A stretch of 32,000 bases of DNA, taken from NCBI RefSeq assembly GCF_035285525.1, contig NZ_JAYKGW010000018.1, positions 60,001-92,000 of the forward strand. The letters are read 5' to 3'. Positions 25,944 through 32,000 of this stretch are shown in pieces (the first letter of the stretch is position 1; every line of letters begins with the position of its first letter). The notes under the pieces were generated by a model. It had not been told where the DNA came from, searched no databases, and worked only from the letters and a program-made list of their open reading frames with translations. Source of the DNA: Okeania sp. (GTDB taxonomy: Bacteria > Cyanobacteriota > Cyanobacteriia > Cyanobacteriales > Microcoleaceae). The translations under genes were made by a program, and so were the position numbers.

Positions 25944-26255
25944 TGAGTATTAAAAGTAAGTATGACGGTGTTAAGACCCTTGACGAATGAATATTGGCTA
26001 GTTTTTGGTCATTTGTCGTAGCTTAGGGCTGGTTATAAGGTGGTTTTTTATCTTTGTATGGTATCCCAGATACACGGCTCCCAGAATCGCTGAAATGCTG
26101 ATTATTTCCTTGTTTTTGGCTATAATATTTGAGTTAATGCTGATAGCGGAATTAATGAAAACATAAGGAAACCTTAGAAACCCAGTTTCTTCAAGAAACC
26201 GGGTTTCTGGGTCTAGTCCTTCATCCAAAGCAGAATTAAACGAAGAAAACTCCGT

Positions 26256-27413
26256 ATGCCACGAGTAATATCAATTGACATTTTGCGTGGATTCGTAATG
26301 GTGCTAATGGTATTAGATCATGTGCGAATATTTTTCTCTAATGCTAACTTTGATCCTTTAGACCTTACCCAGTCAAACGTTCCTCTATTTCTCACCCGAT
26401 GGGTGACTCATCTGTGCGCTCCCACATTCATTTTTCTAGCAGGAATAGGAGCTTATCTCTCTCTCAAACGTGGCAAAACCAAACAACAACTTTTTCAATT
26501 TTTGTTGCTGCGAGGATGTTGGTTTATTTTTTTAGATTTAACAGTCGTGCGTTTTAGTTGGAGGTTTAACCTGACAGACATTTTTTCTGTTGCTGGAGTA
26601 TTATGGGCGATCGCTTGGTCTATGATTTTTTTAGCAGCAATAATTTATCTCCCTACTCGGATAATAGCAGCGATCGGAATTTTGCTAGTAGTCGGACATA
26701 ATCTTTTTGATAACATACAAGCAGAACAATTAGGAAATATTGGTTGGTTATGGACAATACTCCACGAACGCAACATGATTGAACCAATACCTGGGTTTCG
26801 TTTATTTATTCTCTATCCTCTAATTCCTTGGATTGGAGTTATCGCATTAGGTTACGCTTTCGGAAAATTGTTTGAAATAGAAAAAATTAGGCGACTTCAG
26901 CTATTAAGAAAAATAGGTTTAAGTATGATAATTGCTTTTATTATCATTCGAGGCATTAACATTTATGGCGACCCCAATCCTTGGTCAATTCAATCTAACT
27001 TTCCTGATACCTTACTATCCTTTATCAACTGCCATAAATATCCACCCTCTTTCTTGTATTTATTAATAACACTTGGTCTAGCAATTATATTACTTTATTT
27101 TTTAGAAAGAACAAAAATAAATTATTATTTAAAGCCATTAATTATCTTAGGTCAAGAACCATTATTTTTTTATATTATCCACGTTTATCTAATTCATTTA
27201 ACCGCTATTTTATTTGCCTTTTCTAGATATGTTATAAGACTTTTTACTTTCTCTCACTCAGGAATGAGTTTGGAGATAAAAGCTGTTCAGTATAATTTGC
27301 CAATGGTTTATTTAATTTCGATATTAATAACTCTGATTTTGTATATTATTTGTAATTATTTCACTAAATATAAGAAAAAGCACCGAGGTAAATGGTGGTT
27401 AAATTACCTATAA
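26256..27413 (+). CDS. DUF1624 / heparan-alpha-glucosaminide N-acetyltransferase-like polytopic membrane protein
   Basis: The 385-aa ORF has an ATG start. The N-terminus RVISIDILRGFVMVLMVLDHVRIFF is the signature opening of the DUF1624 family. About 9-10 hydrophobic helices follow. Confidence 0.7.
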   Translation: MPRVISIDILRGFVMVLMVLDHVRIFFSNANFDPLDLTQSNVPLFLTRWVTHLCAPTFIFLAGIGAYLSLKRGKTKQQLFQFLLLRGCWFIFLDLTVVRFSWRFNLTDIFSVAGVLWAIAWSMIFLAAIIYLPTRIIAAIGILLVVGHNLFDNIQAEQLGNIGWLWTILHERNMIEPIPGFRLFILYPLIPWIGVIALGYAFGKLFEIEKIRRLQLLRKIGLSMIIAFIIIRGINIYGDPNPWSIQSNFPDTLLSFINCHKYPPSFLYLLITLGLAIILLYFLERTKINYYLKPLIILGQEPLFFYIIHVYLIHLTAILFAFSRYVIRLFTFSHSGMSLEIKAVQYNLPMVYLISILITLILYIICNYFTKYKKKHRGKWWLNYL

Positions 27414-27426
27414 AGAGGAGAGGGAA

Positions 27427-27538
27427 TAGACATCTCCAGAAAAGAGGCAATAGGTATGGAGGCAATGGGCAATAGGAAAAAAGAATTGATAATTTCTGTA
27501 CGATAATTGATTTGATTTTTTATTTTTGGAGATGTCTA
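27427..27538. mobile_element. Second full copy of the 112-bp MITE-like element (TAGACATCTCCAGAAAAG ... TTTTTGGAGATGTCTA)
   Basis: It has the same length and termini as 5316-5427, and its interior is related but diverged. It is followed at 27541-27634 by an imperfect direct duplication, TAAAAAAACTC.CTATTGCCAGAA.T.CTACTGATAACT. That duplication includes a (CTGATAA)3 heptamer run at 27571-27594. Confidence 0.7.
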
Positions 27539-27878
27539 ATTAAAAAAACTCTCTATTGCCAGAAGTGCTACTGATAACTGATAACTGATAACTGTAAAAA
27601 AACTCCCTATTGCCAGAACTTCTACTGATAACTAAAATGCCCACCTTACAAAGGTTTTATATTTGTATTTTATAGAGTTGCCATCTTCTATAATAGAAAA
27701 CCCAAATAGTTAACTATAGCAATCCTAAATAGTAGACTGACACAGCTAATGAGTGTGCATTAGTAGAATAGGGAAGCAAAGTTTTTGTTGGGTTGAGGAA
27801 CGAAACCCAACCTACATCTAACTGATGATATACTATTACCTTAACAAAATTAAGCTTTATGAGACTCACATTAAATTT

Positions 27879-28952
27879 ATGGGTAATCCTTCTTATGCTC
27901 CCCCGTGGTTCCTAAAAAATGGTTTAGCAATGACTCTTTATGCAGCATTTTGGATACCTCGTTTTTGGGAAGAGACCACTAAATTTCCAAAACCTCCTTA
28001 CCAAGACACAATTTTTATTGGTGCAAATGATGTGCCAATTTATGGTTGGATGGCTATTCCAGAAAACCCAAAAGGTACAATTATTGGAACTTATGGAATT
28101 ACAGGAGAACTTGATAATCAATGGTTCTTAAAACTATTAGGACGTAAAGCTTATGCTCAAGGTTATGCCGTTATTTTATTTGATTGGCGTGCCCATGGTA
28201 GGACGGCATTATTATCACCAGCTCTAACTTCTGATGGGATTTATGAAGGAAGAGATTTTGTACATATTGCGGCTCAAGCAAAAGTAATGGGTTGCCCACC
28301 AAATTTTTGGTTTGCGGCCTATTCTTTGGGAGGACAACTAGCACTTTGGGGGGCAAAAGCCGCAGAAAATCTAGCTCCAGAATTAGGACTAACAGAAACA
28401 GATATTGGTGGTTCTGTAGTTATTTGTCCTAGTCTAGAAGCTCATCGTTCTCTCTCTTATTTAGACAGTTCTCCTTTAGGAAGACACTTGGATAAAGGAA
28501 TTACTAAAAACCTGAAAAAATTAGCTTGGTCAATTCACGAACATCATCCAGATTTTATCAATCCAGAAGCAATTGAACGGGCTAATTCTATCCGTAAATT
28601 TGATGAAGAATTTATTATAACAGAATTAGGTTTTCCATCAACAGAAGCTTACTATCAAGCAACAAGTCCTTTATATTTTTTACCTCATCTTCAGAAAAAA
28701 ACATTGATTATCTATGCAGAAGATGATCCATTATTTGACCCAACAATTGTACCAGATTTAAAAGCTGCTTGTAAAAATAATTCTGCTATAGATTTAATTT
28801 TAACTTCTTATGGTGGTCATGTGGCTCATGTTAGTAATAAATCATGTCAAAAAAGTGCGGAAGATCCAGATATTTGGTGGGCATGGAATCGAGTTTTTGA
28901 ATGGATAAAACAACATGAAACATCAGCGTTAACTACTCCAGTTGCTGTCTAA
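27879..28952 (+). CDS. Alpha/beta hydrolase, YheT-like
   Basis: Family-typical N-terminus PPWFLKNGLAMTLY. Nucleophile elbow AYSLGG. Acidic and histidine candidates at AEDDPLFD and YGGHVAH. The track ORF begins at ATG 27825, directly abutting a dispersed repeat. I prefer ATG 27879 (MGNPSYAPPWF...), and both remain possible. Confidence 0.75.
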   Translation: MGNPSYAPPWFLKNGLAMTLYAAFWIPRFWEETTKFPKPPYQDTIFIGANDVPIYGWMAIPENPKGTIIGTYGITGELDNQWFLKLLGRKAYAQGYAVILFDWRAHGRTALLSPALTSDGIYEGRDFVHIAAQAKVMGCPPNFWFAAYSLGGQLALWGAKAAENLAPELGLTETDIGGSVVICPSLEAHRSLSYLDSSPLGRHLDKGITKNLKKLAWSIHEHHPDFINPEAIERANSIRKFDEEFIITELGFPSTEAYYQATSPLYFLPHLQKKTLIIYAEDDPLFDPTIVPDLKAACKNNSAIDLILTSYGGHVAHVSNKSCQKSAEDPDIWWAWNRVFEWIKQHETSALTTPVAV

Positions 28953-29410
28953 TAGTAAGCATTTCCTGTGGAATGGGCTCGCATTCAGCTATTAGCTATC
29001 AGTAATAAGACGCTGTTTTTGGTAGAGTCAAGACTTACGCAAAGCAATCAATAAACCGATTAAGACTGTAGGGGTTTGGTCTCCAAACCCTCTACAAACC
29101 AGGAATACATGAGATCGCATTTGAGATAATGTCCGCTAGCATTGGTTTTGTATAGAGAAGGTAAGGAAGAAGGAAGAAGGAAGAAAGAAGAAGCTTTAAG
29201 AGAAGAAAAAAACTTTAAAAAAGGTAGATATTTCTCCAATTTTTACACAAACGATACCAATGGACATGATATTATCAGGACTTACGCACGCGCAACGCAA
29301 TTTTTCCGATACGAGCGACAGCGTTTCGCTGCGCGACATGAAGGGGTCGCTGTCCGTCAGGATAGCAATCTCAAACCCCTATTTTTCCTACCTCATGGCT
29401 TTAGTCCTAA

Positions 29411-31558
29411 TTATTCCTTTGCAGGTTTATTTATTTGCTCAGATAAAGTTGATGTGGGAAATGGTTTGACTACAGACTTTTTGGAAGGTTTATTGAATGG
29501 TGCGGGTGTAGGAGAATCTGTGGGTTCTGGTTCCGTAGTTGGAGTCGGAGAATTTGTGGGTTCTGGTTCCGTAGTTGGAGTCGGAGAATTTGTGGGTTTC
29601 GGTTCCGTAGTTGGAGTCGGAGAATTTGTGGGTTTCGGTTCCGTAGTTGGAGTCGGAGAATTTGTGGGTTTCGGTTCCGTAGTTGGAGTTGGAGAATTTG
29701 TGGGTTTCGGTTCCGTAGTTGGAGTTGGAGAATTTGTGGGTTTCGGTTCCGTAGTTGGAGTCGGAGAATTTGTGGGTTTCGGTTCCGTAGTTGGAGTTGG
29801 AGAATTTGTAGGTTTCGGTTCTGTAGTTGGAGTTGGAGAATTTGTAGGTTTCGGTTCTGTAGTTGGAGTTGGAGAATTTGTAGGTTTCGGTTCTGTAGTT
29901 GGAGTAAATTGCGGTATAGGATTAGTTAAATCAATATCTAACTTGTAGTCAGTACCAGACAAACCAGGTAAAGGACTCAGAATAATTTTGTAGTCACCAT
30001 CTATAGGTAAAATTCCTTTCCAATTAGATACTTTTTCAGAGATTCCATCCATTCCCTCCCCATCCGCTCTCAATAAACTCATCAATACCCCTTCTCCAGT
30101 CACTAATAAACTCAACTTTTGCCCCTGACTCCCAGAAATTATATAGCTAACAGTTTCATTTCCTTTCAAATTACCCTCAATAGATATAGGTTCCCCTGGT
30201 AATAATAGATCGAGACGTTCCTCTGAGGTCTCTAACTTCGGTGGAGTTTCAACAACAGAAGGAGTTTCTGTGATGGTTTCTGGTGTTGGGGATGGTACAG
30301 GAATAATTGATTCTGGTGGCAAAGTAGGCGATCGTGATGATTGAGCTGTTGGAGATGGAGATAATGGAGATGGAAATGATGGTGATGGAAATGACGGTGA
30401 TGGAAATGATGGTGATGAAGATGGTGATGAAGTAATAGTTGGTAAATTTGGTACTGGACTGGGATTAATTTCAGTTACTTCCTCAACTTCAGGTTGTTGT
30501 TTGCGCTTGAGGAGCAAATTAACTGTACCCCAAGAAACCACCCCAGATAATAAAACTAATATTACTATTAAAGCAACTGCACTCCACTTATGATGATCGA
30601 AAAGGCTATCATTATCAGTATTAAAATTTTGATTTGAACCTACAACTACTGTCCCCACTTGAGAGAGAGAAGAGTTATTTGCTGCTTGGTTAATAGTAGG
30701 TGGTTGCTGAGACTTAACACTAGGTAATGTTGCCAAATCTTTCTCTAACTCTGTGACAGACTGATAGCGATCGCCTGGTTGATGACTTAACATTTTATTG
30801 ATAATCTCAGCTAACTCTGGACTAACTGCTACCCACCGTTGCCAATCCCATTTTAATGTAGTTTGATCGATTAATACTTGGGGATCTTTGCCAGTCAATA
30901 GCACAACTATTGTAACTGCTAAAGCATATAGATCGCTACTTGCTGTTGCTCTTCCCAGTTGAATTTGTTCCCAAGGAGCGTAACCAACTTTTCCCACATT
31001 TGTCATTTCTACTGTTAAGTCAGGAGATTGAACTTTTGTTGCTATTTCCTTAACTACACCAAAATCTATTAATACTGGCATTTGGTCGGTTTCACGTCTG
31101 ATAATATTGTCTGGAGATATGTCTCGGTGAACGATCCCAAAATTATGAATATGAGCTAGTACGGGTAATATTTGTGCTAAAAAAGTTAGCACTTCTGCTT
31201 CTGAGAACAAATTACTTGTCTGTTGACGCTCCTGTAATATAGTTCGATAGGTTTTGCCTACAACATAATCTTGTAATAAAAAAAGCCGTTGATTTTCTTC
31301 AAAGGTAGCTCTAAATTTCGGAATTTGGGGATGTTCAATTTGGTAGAGAATCGCTGCTTCTCTGGCAAATAGTTCTTGAGATTTTGCTACCACATTAGCA
31401 TTTGTCTGTTGGGGAATAAATTCTTTGATGGCACAAAGTTCATTAAAACGACCTGTATCTTCCGCTAGATAGGTACGACTAAATCCACCTTGACCTAAAA
31501 TACTAATTAAGCGATAGCGGTTTTGCAGAATTGTACCAATGGGAATAGGTAATTGCAT
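29411..31558 (-). CDS. Membrane-anchored Hanks-type Ser/Thr kinase with Pro/Ser/Thr-rich extracytoplasmic region, a small beta-rich domain and 11 C-terminal 12-aa repeats
   Basis: The 715-aa ORF has an ATG start. Kinase motifs are GQGGFSRTY, AIKEF, HRDISPDNII, IDFGVVK and YAPWEQ. A single transmembrane helix is present (WSAVALIVILVLLSGVVSWGTV). It also has (SPSFP)n from a 15-bp repeat at about 30355-30420. A roughly 100-aa domain follows (LPGEPISIEGNLKGNETVSYIISGSQGQKLSLLV...DGDYKIILSP). The C-terminus is TTEPKPTNSPTP x9 plus TTEPEPT(N/D)SPTP x2. Confidence 0.9.
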   Translation of the reverse strand: MQLPIPIGTILQNRYRLISILGQGGFSRTYLAEDTGRFNELCAIKEFIPQQTNANVVAKSQELFAREAAILYQIEHPQIPKFRATFEENQRLFLLQDYVVGKTYRTILQERQQTSNLFSEAEVLTFLAQILPVLAHIHNFGIVHRDISPDNIIRRETDQMPVLIDFGVVKEIATKVQSPDLTVEMTNVGKVGYAPWEQIQLGRATASSDLYALAVTIVVLLTGKDPQVLIDQTTLKWDWQRWVAVSPELAEIINKMLSHQPGDRYQSVTELEKDLATLPSVKSQQPPTINQAANNSSLSQVGTVVVGSNQNFNTDNDSLFDHHKWSAVALIVILVLLSGVVSWGTVNLLLKRKQQPEVEEVTEINPSPVPNLPTITSSPSSSPSFPSPSFPSPSFPSPLSPSPTAQSSRSPTLPPESIIPVPSPTPETITETPSVVETPPKLETSEERLDLLLPGEPISIEGNLKGNETVSYIISGSQGQKLSLLVTGEGVLMSLLRADGEGMDGISEKVSNWKGILPIDGDYKIILSPLPGLSGTDYKLDIDLTNPIPQFTPTTEPKPTNSPTPTTEPKPTNSPTPTTEPKPTNSPTPTTEPKPTNSPTPTTEPKPTNSPTPTTEPKPTNSPTPTTEPKPTNSPTPTTEPKPTNSPTPTTEPKPTNSPTPTTEPEPTNSPTPTTEPEPTDSPTPAPFNKPSKKSVVKPFPTSTLSEQINKPAKE
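29505..29905. repeat. In-frame 36-bp x 11 minisatellite at the 3' end of the kinase gene
   Basis: The plus-strand unit is GGTTCCGTAGTTGGAGTCGGAGAATTTGTGGGTTTC. Variants (GTTCTGG vs GTTTCGG, GAGTCGG vs GAGTTGG, TTTGTGG vs TTTGTAG, GGTTCC vs GGTTCT) are clustered by position along the array. Confidence 0.9.
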
Positions 31559-31755
31559 AATAAATAATAATAGGTTTAATTTAAGATATTTGTTACAGAA
31601 ATTATAAATAGATTGTCAGATTTTATGGTATAGATTTGGAGACTAAACCCCTACAGTTTTTTCTGACAAATGATTTCTGATGGCTATATTGGCTACTACT
31701 AAATGCTGAATAAGCTAATACGCACTTTTAAATGCGTATTAAACAAATTGAACTT

Positions 31756-32000
31756 TTAATTTAGCTTGCTCTTTACCATTTCTTGAACTTTTTTACCATC
31801 GGCCTTACCTTTCAACTTCTGCATTGCTGGACCCATAACTTTACCCATATCTTTAGCAGAACTAGCTCCTACCTGGACAATAATCTCATCTATTATTTGA
31901 GCAACCTCATCATCCGATAACTGTTTTGGCAGATATTCCTCAAGAATGGCCAATTCGGCCGCTTCTTGATCGGCCAATTCTTGACGACCTACTTGACTAT
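31756..32000 (-). CDS. GatB/YqeY domain protein; the 3' part is in the window and the 5' end lies beyond the right edge
   Basis: The frame stays open to the window edge: ..SQVGRQELADQEAAELAILEEYLPKQLSDDEVAQIIDEIIVQVGASSAKDMGKVMGPAMQKLKGKADGKKVQEMVKSKLN*. The EEYLP.QLS...........GA.S.KDMGKVM......L.G.ADGK.V pattern is typical of the YqeY family. The track 'start' at 31977 is an internal TTG (Leu). Confidence 0.8.
   Translation of the reverse strand, partial: SQVGRQELADQEAAELAILEEYLPKQLSDDEVAQIIDEIIVQVGASSAKDMGKVMGPAMQKLKGKADGKKVQEMVKSKLN

Noticed and set aside
25647-26228. Track ORFs 25647-25844 (+) and 25998-26228 (-) in the HKD/DUF1624 divergent spacer
   Set aside because: They are low-complexity and AT-rich. 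The second reads through the AGAAACCCGGTTTCT palindromic repeats (..PETRFLEETGFL..), a typical repeat-derived pseudo-ORF. Neither has a motif or RBS.
29142-29948. 268-aa track ORF on the plus strand
   Set aside because: It is the antisense reading of the 36-bp minisatellite ((GVGEFVGFGSVV)n). Its 5' part runs through GGACTTACGCA-type repeat sequence. The sense strand encodes a complete Ser/Thr kinase.
1-32000. tRNA, rRNA, tmRNA, RNase P RNA and transposase, integrase or cas genes
   Set aside because: I scanned the spacers for T-loop-like GGTTCGA(A/G)TCC motifs and acceptor-stem symmetry and found none. The GTTCGAGG at about 9875 lies inside a dispersed repeat. No ORF shows DDE, tyrosine-recombinase or Cas motifs. 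Absence by eye is not proof.

Overview
This 32-kb chromosomal window looks like a filamentous, Nostocales-type cyanobacterium. It is visibly AT-rich (not computed). By eye it holds 19 copies of the HIP1 palindrome GCGATCGC and several STRR-like 7-8-mer arrays. Its long intergenic spacers are packed with small hairpin and MITE-like repeats.

Gene content is mostly housekeeping and sensory:
- a partial exporter-type ABC gene at the left edge
- two small secreted-looking paralogues sharing a METLA(F/Y)SHLA N-terminal module, one ending in a peptidoglycan-binding domain and one in a 63-aa Gly/Tyr tail
- two tandem alanine/glycine:cation symporter paralogues, separated by a methyltransferase remnant bracketed by MITE sequence
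- an SSAT-like GNAT, a small NfeD-like OB protein, a frameshifted DUF2887/Rpn-like remnant and a FemAB-like/DUF482 protein
- a 151-aa orphan ORF inside a cassette bounded by 145-bp inverted repeats
- two Hanks-type Ser/Thr kinases, each carrying in-frame minisatellites
- pheT, a 1399-aa hybrid histidine kinase and a 611-aa orphan single-HKD (PLD-superfamily) protein
- a DUF1624 membrane protein, a YheT-type alpha/beta hydrolase and a partial GatB/YqeY protein at the right edge

I found no rRNA, tRNA or CRISPR array. I do not see a clear-cut multi-gene novel system. The three leads most worth follow-up are:
1. the ABC exporter plus the METLA-module pair with its Gly/Tyr-rich peptide
2. the inverted-repeat-bounded ORF151 cassette with nested palindromes
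3. the orphan HKD protein

All family assignments come from motif recognition by eye, not from searches. The supplied ORF track uses ATG/GTG/TTG starts, takes the longest ORF and includes the stop codon, so several true starts may lie downstream.
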